From an uncultured Alphaproteobacteria bacterium (GTDB taxonomy: Bacteria > Pseudomonadota > Alphaproteobacteria > JAAXGF01), in contig CAZHDF010000004.1 in NCBI GenBank assembly GCA_964531525.1, positions 1-47,972 on the forward strand: DNA of 47,972 bases. The letters are read 5' to 3'. Shown one piece after another: positions 27,260 to 35,884 of the stretch. The translations under genes and the position numbers were made by a program. The first letter of the stretch is position 1. Each line of letters begins with the position of its first letter. Under the pieces are notes generated by a model. The model had not been told where the DNA came from, searched no databases, and saw only the letters and a program-made list of their open reading frames with translations.

Positions 27260-28026
27260 CCATTCTGCGCGTCGAGGGACTGACCAAGGCGTTCGCGGGC
27301 GTCCCCGTGATCGACGCGCTGAGCTTCACCATCGAAAGCGGCGCGATCCATTCGATCATCGGCCCCAACGGCGCCGGCAAGACGACGCTGCTCAACCTGA
27401 TCTCGGGGCTTTACGCGCCGACCGCCGGGCGGGTTTTTCTCGGCGACACCGACATTACCGGCCTGATGCCTCACGTGCTCGCCGGGCACGGCATCGCGCG
27501 GACCTTTCAAAACCTCCAGATCTTCTTCAACATGACGGCGGTCGAGAACGTCATGGTCGGACGCCATTTGCGCTCGGACCGCCGCTTCCTCGCCGCCCTT
27601 TTCGGCGCGCGGCGGATCATGCATCGCGACGCCGAATGCCGCGAGGCGGCCGAGGAGATCATGCGATTCGTCGGCATCGGCGACTATATCGGCAGCGACA
27701 CCGGCTCGATGCCCTACGGCGCGCTCAAGCGGCTCGAGATCGCGCGCGCGCTCGCCGCCGAGCCTCGCATGATGCTGCTCGACGAGCCCGCCGCCGGGCT
27801 CAATCCGGTCGAGACCGGGGCCATCGACGACCTCATCCAGGCGATCGCCGAAACCGGCACCACCGTGGTCCTGGTCGAGCACGACATGCGGCTGGTGATG
27901 GGGGTCTCCGACCATATCCTGGTTCTCGAGGCGGGCCGCAAGCTCGCCGAGGGCGGCGCCCAGGCGATCCGGCACGACCCGAAGGTCGTCGAAGCCTACC
28001 TCGGTCACGCCGGGAGAAATCGGTGA
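27256..28026 (+). CDS. livG: ABC ATPase (LivG type)
   Basis: GTG at 27256 overlaps the upstream stop (GTGA). Walker A GPNGAGKTT, signature YGALKRLEIARAL and Walker B MMLLDEPAAG are present. Confidence 0.85.
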   Translation: MTILRVEGLTKAFAGVPVIDALSFTIESGAIHSIIGPNGAGKTTLLNLISGLYAPTAGRVFLGDTDITGLMPHVLAGHGIARTFQNLQIFFNMTAVENVMVGRHLRSDRRFLAALFGARRIMHRDAECREAAEEIMRFVGIGDYIGSDTGSMPYGALKRLEIARALAAEPRMMLLDEPAAGLNPVETGAIDDLIQAIAETGTTVVLVEHDMRLVMGVSDHILVLEAGRKLAEGGAQAIRHDPKVVEAYLGHAGRNR

Positions 28027-28730
28027 TGCTGCTCGAAATCCGCGACCTCTCCAGCCATTACGGCCGGGTCCGGGCGCTCGACAACATCGAGATCGCGGTC
28101 GCGAGCGGCGAGCTCGTCGCCCTGGTCGGCGCCAACGGCGCGGGCAAGACGACGCTTCTGCGAACGCTCTCGGGAGTCCAGCCGGCGAGCGGCGGCAGCG
28201 TGTCCTTCGAAGGGCGCGACATCACGCGTCTTTCGCCCAACGCGCGCGTCCGACTCGGCATCGCTCAGGTGCCCGAGGGTCGCCAAGTTTTCGGCCCCAT
28301 GTCGGTCGAGGACAATCTCCGGCTCGGCGCCTTCACGCGCCGCGCGGGCGAGGCCGACGAGACCCTCGGCGCGATGTACGAGATGTTTCCGATGCTGGCC
28401 GACAAGCGGCGCCAGGTGGCGGGAACCCTCTCGGGTGGTCAGCAGCAGATGCTCGCCATCGCCCGGGCGCTGATGGCGCGACCGCGCCTGTTGCTGCTCG
28501 ATGAGCCGAGCATGGGTCTTTCGCCGCTTCTGATCGACGAGACCTTCGAGACGATCGTCCGTCTCAGGGGCACGGGCACCACGATCCTGCTGGTCGAGCA
28601 GAACGCCTTCATGGCGCTCGGCATCGCCGATCGCGCCTATGTGCTCGAAGCCGGCCGCATCACCCTGACGGGTCCCGGCAAGGACCTCATGGACAACGAA
28701 AAGGTCAAGGAAGCGTATCTCGGGCTGTGA
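28026..28730 (+). CDS. livF: ABC ATPase (LivF type)
   Basis: ATG at 28026 overlaps the upstream TGA by 1 nt. Walker A GANGAGKTT, signature LSGGQQQMLAIARAL and Walker B LLLLDEPSMG are present. Confidence 0.85.
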   Translation: MLLEIRDLSSHYGRVRALDNIEIAVASGELVALVGANGAGKTTLLRTLSGVQPASGGSVSFEGRDITRLSPNARVRLGIAQVPEGRQVFGPMSVEDNLRLGAFTRRAGEADETLGAMYEMFPMLADKRRQVAGTLSGGQQQMLAIARALMARPRLLLLDEPSMGLSPLLIDETFETIVRLRGTGTTILLVEQNAFMALGIADRAYVLEAGRITLTGPGKDLMDNEKVKEAYLGL

Positions 28731-28833
28731 CGCCGCGCGGCCGCGGATCTTTGTTTCCGCCGGGCTTTGCCCGTCGGGCGTTCAAACGCCACGCAGGCTT
28801 CCTCGCACAGGCTCGGGCGCGCGGTCGCGCTTG

Positions 28834-28859
28834 CCGAATCCCGCCGGGGCGGGATTCGG
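28834..28859. other. GC-rich hairpin between convergent operons (no U-tract)
   Basis: CCGAATCCCG-ccgggg-CGGGATTCGG lies between livF (+) and the paaK-like gene (-). No T-run follows on either strand, so a terminator function is uncertain. Confidence 0.35.
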
Positions 28860-28882
28860 GACGTGTTCGAGACGGAAGCGCG

Positions 28883-30199
28883 TCAGCCCATCTGGCGCAG
28901 ATCGATAACACGCTTGGCCTTGCCCATCGAGCGTTCGACCGCCCCCACCGGCACCACGCGCACCCCGGCGGTGACGCCGATATAGGACTTGATCTGCGCC
29001 GCGAGGCTTTTGGCGCAGGTGTTCGCCACCTCGTCGAGGGCGTGGGCCTGCTCGGGCTTGATCTCGACCACCACGTCGAGGGTGTCGAGCTGACCCTCGC
29101 GACGCACCTCGAGGACGTAATGGGGCGACAGGCACGCGTCCTTGAGGATCTGCTCCTCGATCTGCGAGGGGAAGACGTTGACGCCGCGAATGATCAGCAT
29201 GTCGTCGGCGCGTCCGGTCACCCGCTCCATCCGGCGCATGGTCCGGGCGGTTCCCGGCAGGAGTCGCGTCAGATCGCGAGTGCGGTAGCGAATGACGGGG
29301 AACGCCTCCTTGGTGAGCGAGGTGAACACCAGCTCGCCCTTCTCGCCGTCGGGCAGCACCTCGCCGGTCGCGGGATCGACGATCTCGGGATAGAAGTGGT
29401 CCTCCCAGATATGGAGGCCGTCCTTGGTCTCGACGCATTCGCTGGCGACGCCCGGACCGATCACCTCGGACAGGCCGTAAAGATCGACCGCGTCCATGTC
29501 GAAGCGCGCCTCGATCTCGCGGCGCATGGATTCGGTCCAGGGCTCGGCCCCGTGCATGCCGATCCGGATCGAGGTCTCGCGCGGGTCCAGGCCCTGGCGA
29601 TCGAATTCGTCGGCGATCGCCAGCAGATACGACGGCGTGACCATGATGATGTCGGGCCGGAAGTCCCGAATGAGCTGAACCTGGCGCTCGGTCTGACCAC
29701 CCGACATGGGAATCACCGTGCAGCCCAGGCGCTCGGCTCCATAATGGACGCCGAGCCCGCCCGTGAACAGGCCATAGCCGTAGGCCACGTGAACGATGTC
29801 GCCGGACCGTCCGCCGGCGGCGATGGTGCAGCGCGCCATCAGGCCCGCCCAGGTGTCGATGTCGCGCTGGGTATAGCCGACGACGATCGGCTTGCCGGTG
29901 GTCCCGCTGGAAGCGTGGATGCGCACCACCTTCTCGCGCGGCACGGCGAACAGGCCGAAGGGGTAGTTGCGCCGCAGGTCCTCCTTGACGGTGAAGGGAA
30001 AACGCGCGAGGTCCGAAAGATCGCGCAGATCGTCGGGATGAACGCCCGCCTCGTCGAACGCGCGCCGGTAATGCTCGACGTTGTCGTAGGCGTGACGAAG
30101 GGTCCATTTGAGCCGCCGCAATTGCAGGGTCGCGATCTCGTCGCGGCTCGCGGTCTCGATCGGCTCGAGCATGGCCTTGTTCGGCGCCTCGGCGTTCAT
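28883..30199 (-). CDS. paaK: Phenylacetate-CoA ligase family (PaaK / arylacetate-CoA ligase)
   Basis: ATG at 30199 after GGGGAGG. Contains ASRDEIATLQLRRLKWTLRHAYDNVEHYRRAFDEAGV and the AMP motif ASSGTTGKPIVVGYT. Confidence 0.85.
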   Translation of the reverse strand: MNAEAPNKAMLEPIETASRDEIATLQLRRLKWTLRHAYDNVEHYRRAFDEAGVHPDDLRDLSDLARFPFTVKEDLRRNYPFGLFAVPREKVVRIHASSGTTGKPIVVGYTQRDIDTWAGLMARCTIAAGGRSGDIVHVAYGYGLFTGGLGVHYGAERLGCTVIPMSGGQTERQVQLIRDFRPDIIMVTPSYLLAIADEFDRQGLDPRETSIRIGMHGAEPWTESMRREIEARFDMDAVDLYGLSEVIGPGVASECVETKDGLHIWEDHFYPEIVDPATGEVLPDGEKGELVFTSLTKEAFPVIRYRTRDLTRLLPGTARTMRRMERVTGRADDMLIIRGVNVFPSQIEEQILKDACLSPHYVLEVRREGQLDTLDVVVEIKPEQAHALDEVANTCAKSLAAQIKSYIGVTAGVRVVPVGAVERSMGKAKRVIDLRQMG

Positions 30200-30241
30200 G
30201 TCATGCCTCCCCTGCCTGTCGTGCGCGCCGCGCACAATGTT

Positions 30242-30802
30242 CTACTGGTTCGCCGCCGCCCGCGCCGGCGCGGTCATCGCGTGGCCGGCCGCGACCGCCT
30301 CGAGGTTGAGATCGAGAAACTTCGCGGGCACGCCATCGCGAATCGCCTTGACCAGGCTGTCGTAGGCGCAGATCTCGGCGACGCCGATCAACGCGCCGAG
30401 CGCGACGATATTGGCGACCCGTTCGTTGCCGAGCCCGCGCGCGGTCTCGACCAGGCGCAGAACGTGTCGCTTGAACCTGCCCTTGGGCGGCTCGGGAACG
30501 CGCGCGACGTCGGCGAGCACCAGGCTCCCGCGCCCGAGCAGCCCGAGCGAAACCGAGACCGCGCTTTGGTCGAGCACGATCAAGTAGTCGAGCGCCGTGA
30601 CCAGCGGGTAATCGACCGGACCGGCGGCGACCACCAGGTCCGAGCGGCTGATCCCGCCGCGCGAAGTCGGCTCGTAGCTTTGCGAGCGCGCGACCCATTT
30701 GCCTTCGAGGTTGAGCGCCTCGGCGAGGATCCGGGCCGAGAGCTGAAGCCCCTGCCCGCCCGTGCCGCTAAACCGGATTTCGAAATTCGTCGCCGTCGTC
30801 AT
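30242..30802 (-). CDS. 2-oxoacid:ferredoxin oxidoreductase gamma subunit
   Basis: N-terminus FEIRFSGTGGQGLQLSARILAEA; length 186 aa. The start overlaps the beta-subunit stop (ATGA). Confidence 0.85.
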   Translation of the reverse strand: MTTATNFEIRFSGTGGQGLQLSARILAEALNLEGKWVARSQSYEPTSRGGISRSDLVVAAGPVDYPLVTALDYLIVLDQSAVSVSLGLLGRGSLVLADVARVPEPPKGRFKRHVLRLVETARGLGNERVANIVALGALIGVAEICAYDSLVKAIRDGVPAKFLDLNLEAVAAGHAMTAPARAAANQ

Positions 30803-31686
30803 GAGCCCCGCCCCCCGCCGCTCTTGGCCCGCAGGGCCACCGCGTGCGCGCGCCAGGTCGCGCCGTATTCGGGCCGATCATTGCGCGTCAGCACGCCGGT
30901 CTTGAGATCGTTGGGCCGGAACGGCTGGTCGACCACGTTGTTTTCGGCGAGCGGGCCGTAGGAGGTGGGCCGCATGCCGGCCTTCTGGCTCAGCATCATC
31001 TCGGGCGATTCGCCGAGGTCGTTCTTGCGCCCGAAGATCTCGGTGCAGTCCGAGATCACCTCGACGAAGGCGAAGCCGGGATGGGCGAGCGCCTCCTTGA
31101 TGAGGTTCTTGAGCGACGGCGTCTGAAGCGTGACCTCGCGCCCGACCAGCCCGGCGCCCGCCGCCGTCGCCAGGGCGCAGGCGTCGAATACCGGCTCGAT
31201 GCTGCCGGCGGGCGTGGTGGTCGTGTAGCGGGTCTTGCTCGTGGTCGGCGACGCCTGGCCGCCGGTCATGCCGTAGACCTCGTTATTGAGCATGAGGCAG
31301 GTGATGTCGAGGTTCCGCCGGCAGGCGTGAATCAGGTGGTTGCCGCCGATCGCGAGGCAGTCGCCGTCGCCGGTGATGACGACCACCGTGAGGTCAGGCC
31401 GCGACAGCTTGAGCCCGGTGGCGAAGGCGAGCGGCCGGCCATGGGTGACGTGGAAGGTGTTGGCGTCGATATAGGCGCCGAGCCGGCCCGAGCAGCCGAT
31501 ACCCGAGACGATCGCCAGCCGGTTCTTGTCGATGCCGCGCTCGTGCACCGCCCAGAGAAGCGCGCGAAGCGCGATCCCGTGGCCGCAGCCCGGGCACAGG
31601 AAATGCGGGAACAGATCCGCGCGCAGATAGTCGCGAATATGGAAGTCGTCGAGGGTGCGTTCGCTCGCGGTGGTCATGTCAGGCAA
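30799..31686 (-). CDS. 2-oxoacid:ferredoxin oxidoreductase beta (TPP-binding) subunit
   Basis: Contains FCPGCGHGIALRAL and GDGDCLAIGGNHLIHACRRN; length 295 aa. Confidence 0.88.
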   Translation of the reverse strand: MPDMTTASERTLDDFHIRDYLRADLFPHFLCPGCGHGIALRALLWAVHERGIDKNRLAIVSGIGCSGRLGAYIDANTFHVTHGRPLAFATGLKLSRPDLTVVVITGDGDCLAIGGNHLIHACRRNLDITCLMLNNEVYGMTGGQASPTTSKTRYTTTTPAGSIEPVFDACALATAAGAGLVGREVTLQTPSLKNLIKEALAHPGFAFVEVISDCTEIFGRKNDLGESPEMMLSQKAGMRPTSYGPLAENNVVDQPFRPNDLKTGVLTRNDRPEYGATWRAHAVALRAKSGGGRGS

Positions 31687-32818
31687 GCTCCTCGATCCGG
31701 GCGAGAATTTCGGCGGGCTCGATCGGGTCGCCGTCGACGCGGTTGAGTCGCGCGACCGGAACCGCGCCGCCCAGGAGACGCTCGATCTCGAGAGCGAGCT
31801 GGCCGAGGTTCAACTCGGGCACCAGAACCCGGCGCGCCCTGGCCGCCGCCGCGCGGAACGCCTCCTCGGGGAACGGCCAAAGGGTGATCGGGCGGAACAA
31901 CCCGGCCTTGATCCCCTTGGCGCGCGCCTCGGCGACCGCGCGGGCGGCGGCGCGCGCCGAAATGCCGATCGCGACGATCAGGGTTTCGGCGTCCTCGACC
32001 TCCAGGGTCTCGTAAGCCTCGATCACGGTGGCATGGTGGGCGAGCTTGTCGATCACGCGCCCGGTCACGCGCATGACCGTCGCCGGGTCCTGGGTCGGAA
32101 AGCCGGTCTCGGCGTGGGTCAGGCCGGTGGTATGGGCGCGATAGCCGTCTCCCGGCCGGGCCATGGGCGGCACCATGTCGGCGGGTGCGTCATAGGGCCG
32201 GAACCCGTCGCGCGGGCCTTGCGCCCATTTGCGCTCGACCGGCCGCCCCGAAGCGGCGTCGGGCATCTCGACCGTTTCGACGAGATGGCCGACGACCTCG
32301 TCGTAGAGCACCACGACCGGCACCCGCAGGGTTTCGGACAATTCGAAGGCGCGTTGGGTTTCCTCGAAAACCTCGCGCACCGAGGCCGGGGCCAGCACGA
32401 TGATCGCGTGATCGCCGTGGGTGCCCCAACGCGCCTGCATGATGTCGCCCTGGGCCGGACGGGTCGGCATGCCGGTCGAGGGACCGCCGCGCATCACGTT
32501 GACGACCACGCAGGGGATCTCGGCGCCCGCCGCGTAGCCGAGGTTCTCTTGCTTGAGCGAGAAGCCCGGACCGCTGGTCGCGGTCATCGCCTTGGTGCCG
32601 CCCAGGGAAGCGCCGAGCACCGCGCCCATGGACGCGATCTCGTCCTCCATCTGGACGAAGATGCCGCCGACCTTGGGCAACTCGAGCGCCATGCGCTCGG
32701 CGATCTCGGACGACGGCGTGATCGGGTAGCCGGCATAGAAGCGACAACCCGCCGCGAGCGCGCCCAACGCGCAGGCGTGGTTTCCCTGAAGGTTGCGAAG
32801 CCGACCCATCGCTCTCAT
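31679..32818 (-). CDS. 2-oxoacid:ferredoxin oxidoreductase alpha subunit
   Basis: Contains LQGNHACALGALAAGCRFYAGYPITPSSEI; length 379 aa. The start lies 1 nt after the upstream stop. Confidence 0.88.
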   Translation of the reverse strand: MRAMGRLRNLQGNHACALGALAAGCRFYAGYPITPSSEIAERMALELPKVGGIFVQMEDEIASMGAVLGASLGGTKAMTATSGPGFSLKQENLGYAAGAEIPCVVVNVMRGGPSTGMPTRPAQGDIMQARWGTHGDHAIIVLAPASVREVFEETQRAFELSETLRVPVVVLYDEVVGHLVETVEMPDAASGRPVERKWAQGPRDGFRPYDAPADMVPPMARPGDGYRAHTTGLTHAETGFPTQDPATVMRVTGRVIDKLAHHATVIEAYETLEVEDAETLIVAIGISARAAARAVAEARAKGIKAGLFRPITLWPFPEEAFRAAAARARRVLVPELNLGQLALEIERLLGGAVPVARLNRVDGDPIEPAEILARIEELA

Positions 32819-32819
32819 G

Positions 32820-33755
32820 TCAAGCGTTCACCTCTTCCCGCCCCACGCTCACCCTCTCGACGTCGATCGCGAAGTCGGGACACAGCCACTCGCAAAGCCG
32901 ACAGCCGGTGCAACGATCGGGATATTTCAACTCGACCACTTGGCGCTCGTCGAGTACCAGGCAGCGCTCGGGGCACATTTTCACGCAGATATCGCAGCCC
33001 TTGCACCACTCGGGCGTGATGCGGAGCGTGATCTCGCTATCGGCGGCGAAGTCCTCGGGCGGCGCGGCGCGAGCCGCGAGCGCGGTGGAGGCCGCGGACG
33101 TCCGGGATGGATGATCGCGCGTTTCGACGATCCATTCGCGCCCCTTGAGGAACGCCGCCCGGTTGACCTCGCGGGTCTTGGGGGGCACGAACTCGAGGAT
33201 TACGTCGAGCCAGTCGTCCTCGGCGAAATCAAGCGCCGTCGACAACGCGCCCAGCAGCATCGTGTTGGCCGCGCGCGCGTTGCCGAGCTCGGTCGCCACG
33301 CGCGTCGCGTCGAGCGCGAAGCCCTCGCCGACCTTCTCGATCACCTCGGCCGGGGTCTCGCGCGAGTAAGCGACCGCCGCGCCGCGCTTGCGGTCGAGGC
33401 AGGCGAAAGGCGGCACGATCTGCTGGGTGTCGGCGATGAAGGTGCCGCTCCCGGACCGAAGATGGTCGAGCCAGCGCAACCCCTCGGCCCATTCGAGGGC
33501 GAGCAGAATATCGACCTGCCCCTTGGGAATGGTCGGCGACCAGATGCGGTCGCCGTAGCGCACATGGCTGAACACGGCGCCGCCGCGCTTGGCCATGCCG
33601 TGGACCTCGCTTTGCTTGACGACATAGCCCTGAAGCTGGCACAGCCGCGCGAGTACCTTCGAGACCATGATCACGCCCTGGCCGCCGACGCCGACGACGA
33701 GGACGTTGGTTGTGGGACGGTCGACGGTGGGGGTTTCCCGATCTTGAGCCTGCAT
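32820..33755 (-). CDS. iorB: IorB / OFOR-gamma-like domain fused to a C-terminal 2x[4Fe-4S] ferredoxin (OFOR delta-like) domain
   Basis: N-terminus NVLVVGVGGQGVIMVSKVLA...SEVHGMAKRGGAV. An Ala/Pro-rich linker follows. Then come CKGCDICVKMCP and CTGCRLCEWLCP. Confidence 0.8.
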   Translation of the reverse strand: MQAQDRETPTVDRPTTNVLVVGVGGQGVIMVSKVLARLCQLQGYVVKQSEVHGMAKRGGAVFSHVRYGDRIWSPTIPKGQVDILLALEWAEGLRWLDHLRSGSGTFIADTQQIVPPFACLDRKRGAAVAYSRETPAEVIEKVGEGFALDATRVATELGNARAANTMLLGALSTALDFAEDDWLDVILEFVPPKTREVNRAAFLKGREWIVETRDHPSRTSAASTALAARAAPPEDFAADSEITLRITPEWCKGCDICVKMCPERCLVLDERQVVELKYPDRCTGCRLCEWLCPDFAIDVERVSVGREEVNA

Positions 33756-33806
33756 CGCGCGCCTCGGTTTCCTTTTGATCTTCGTTCTTGGTTTCGAGGC
33801 GGCGGG

Positions 33807-35561
33807 TCAGCTCGCGAGCGGCTGAATGCTGTCGCTCGGACAGACCTGGGCGCAAAGGGTGCAGCCGATGCAGCTCGCCGCGTCGATCCGCACCTTGTGG
33901 TGGCCGTCGTGCCACTCGTCGCTCCAGACGATGGCCGGGCAGCCGAGGTTCATGCAGGCCTGACACGCAATGCAGCTCTCGGCCTTCACGGTCAGGGCGG
34001 GCCCCTTGATCTTGAGCGGGTCGAGAACGCAGGGCCGGTCCGAGATCACCACCGAGACGCCCTTGAACTCGGTCGCCTCGCGAAAGCCGTGATACATCGC
34101 CGCGACGTCGTAGGAATCGAGCTTGCGGACCCATTTGACGCCGATGGCGCGAACCAGGGTCTCGAAGTCGACCCGGTGGCTCGTCTCTCCGTAGAGGGTC
34201 TTGCCGGTGCCCGCGTGATCCTGGCCACCGGTCATGGCGGTGATGTGGTTGTCGAGCAGGATGACCGTGATGTCGACGCCGTTCTGGACCGCGTCGATCA
34301 GCGGCGGAATGCCCGAATGAAGGAAGGTCGAATCGCCGATGGTCGCGACGATCGGCCGGGTTTCCTGGCCCGCCTTGGCCATGCCGACCGCGTTGCCGAT
34401 GCTGGAACCCATGGAGACGCAGGTGTCGATCGATTCGAGCGGCTCGACCGCGGCCAGCGTATAGCAGCCGATATCGCCCATCACCCGGGCGTCGAGCGCG
34501 CGTAGCGCCATGTAGCTCGAAATATGCGGACAGCCGGCGCAGAGCACCGGCGGGCGCGGCGTCGGCGTCACGTCGATATCGATCCCGCCGGCGAGCGGCT
34601 CGAGCAAGCCGGCCTTCTCGAAGCCCGCGCGCACCAGTTCGGGCGAAAGCTCGCCCACGCGCGGGAAGAACGCCTTGCCCTCGACCGAGAGACCCATGGC
34701 GTGGATCTCGTTTTCGACCACGGGCTCGAGTTCCTCGACCACGAACATCCGTTCGACCGAGGCACGGAACTTTTCGATCGTCTTGGCGGGCAGCGGAAAC
34801 GACGAGCCCAGCTTGAGCACGCTCGCCTCGGGCAGCACTTCCTTCACATAGGCATAAGACGTGGCCAGCGTGATCACGCCGACCGCCGCGCTCCCCTTCT
34901 CCCAGCGGGTCAGATCGGACTCGTCGAAGTACGCGCGCAGCCGCGCCTCGCGCTCGATCAGCAGCGGGTGGCGGGCGCGCGCGTTCGACGGGATCATGAC
35001 GTTCTTGTGAGGGTTCTCCAGGAACCCCCGGGGCGGGACCTCGACGCGCTCGCCGACCGCGACCAGGCAGCGGGTGTGCGAAAGCCGGGTCGTCGAGCGG
35101 ACGATCACCGGCGTGTCGAAGGCCTCGGAAATCTCGAAGGCCCGACGCGTGTATTCGAGCGCCTCCTGGGCATCCGACGGCTCCAGACAGGGAACCATGG
35201 CGAGCCGCGAAAACAGCCGCGTATCCTGCTCGTTCTGCGAGGAATGGATGCCGGGGTCGTCGCAGACCACGATCACGAGGCCGCCGTTGACCCCGATGTA
35301 GGTCTGGCTCATGAGCGCGTCGGAGGCGACGTTGAGCCCGACATGCTTCATCACCGCGAGCGCGCGCACGCCGGCGAAGGACGCGCCGATCGCGACGTCG
35401 CAGGCGACCTTCTCGTTGGTCGCCCATTGCGCGGCCACGTCCTCGCGCGGAAAGCGCGCGAGATTCTCCATGATCTCGGTCGAGGGCGTGCCCGGATAGG
35501 CCGCGCCCACGCGCACGCCGGCCTCCCACGCGCCGCGCGCGATGGCCTCGTTTCCGGTCAT
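33807..35561 (-). CDS. iorA: Indolepyruvate (arylpyruvate):ferredoxin oxidoreductase alpha subunit
   Basis: Contains GNEAIARGAWEAGVRVGAAYPGTPSTEI, the TPP region GDSTFLHSG, and two C-terminal Cys clusters (CIACQACMNLGCP, CIGCTLCAQVCP). The start is uncertain: ATG 35561 is chosen, ATG 35651 or TTG 35705 are possible, and none has a good SD. Confidence 0.8.
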   Translation of the reverse strand: MTGNEAIARGAWEAGVRVGAAYPGTPSTEIMENLARFPREDVAAQWATNEKVACDVAIGASFAGVRALAVMKHVGLNVASDALMSQTYIGVNGGLVIVVCDDPGIHSSQNEQDTRLFSRLAMVPCLEPSDAQEALEYTRRAFEISEAFDTPVIVRSTTRLSHTRCLVAVGERVEVPPRGFLENPHKNVMIPSNARARHPLLIEREARLRAYFDESDLTRWEKGSAAVGVITLATSYAYVKEVLPEASVLKLGSSFPLPAKTIEKFRASVERMFVVEELEPVVENEIHAMGLSVEGKAFFPRVGELSPELVRAGFEKAGLLEPLAGGIDIDVTPTPRPPVLCAGCPHISSYMALRALDARVMGDIGCYTLAAVEPLESIDTCVSMGSSIGNAVGMAKAGQETRPIVATIGDSTFLHSGIPPLIDAVQNGVDITVILLDNHITAMTGGQDHAGTGKTLYGETSHRVDFETLVRAIGVKWVRKLDSYDVAAMYHGFREATEFKGVSVVISDRPCVLDPLKIKGPALTVKAESCIACQACMNLGCPAIVWSDEWHDGHHKVRIDAASCIGCTLCAQVCPSDSIQPLAS

Positions 35562-35884
35562 GGGCCGGACGCTGGAGTTCCTCGCTTCGTTGCGAAGCTC
35601 GGTCGTCGACTGATGATTCACGGCATCCCTACCCTGGCCGGAGTAGAACATGCGGTGCCCGTGGATCGTAGTGACGAAACTAGCCGCTCGCCCCGCCCCT
35701 GACAAGCGCTTTGCGGCGCGGCAACCCGTTGTTTTGCCTTTGCTCTATGAGAGTTTTCGCGCGCTCTTGGAGCGATTCGCAAGAGTTTGCGCCCAGCGAC
35801 GTCCCCGGCCGCGTTCTTCGCGCAGCCGGAGGATGTATCTTTCCTTGTTATTTCCCGCTTAAAGGCTTTCCGGCGAAGCCGCCT

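Noticed and set aside
28727-30961. 744-aa plus-strand ORF across the paaK-like and OFOR gamma genes
   Set aside because: It is antisense to two well-supported genes, has no motifs and has a biased composition, so it is a shadow ORF. The same reasoning applies to 37830-40271 (+), 40112-42085 (-), 45177-47123 (-), 23247-25427 (+), 33229-35529 (-) and 3415-5040 (+).
35562-35705. N-terminal extension of iorA up to a TTG at 35705
   Set aside because: The conserved IorA N-terminus (GNEAIARGA) begins immediately after the ATG at 35561. The extension has no motif and no upstream start has a Shine-Dalgarno. It is kept only as an alternative in the feature evidence.
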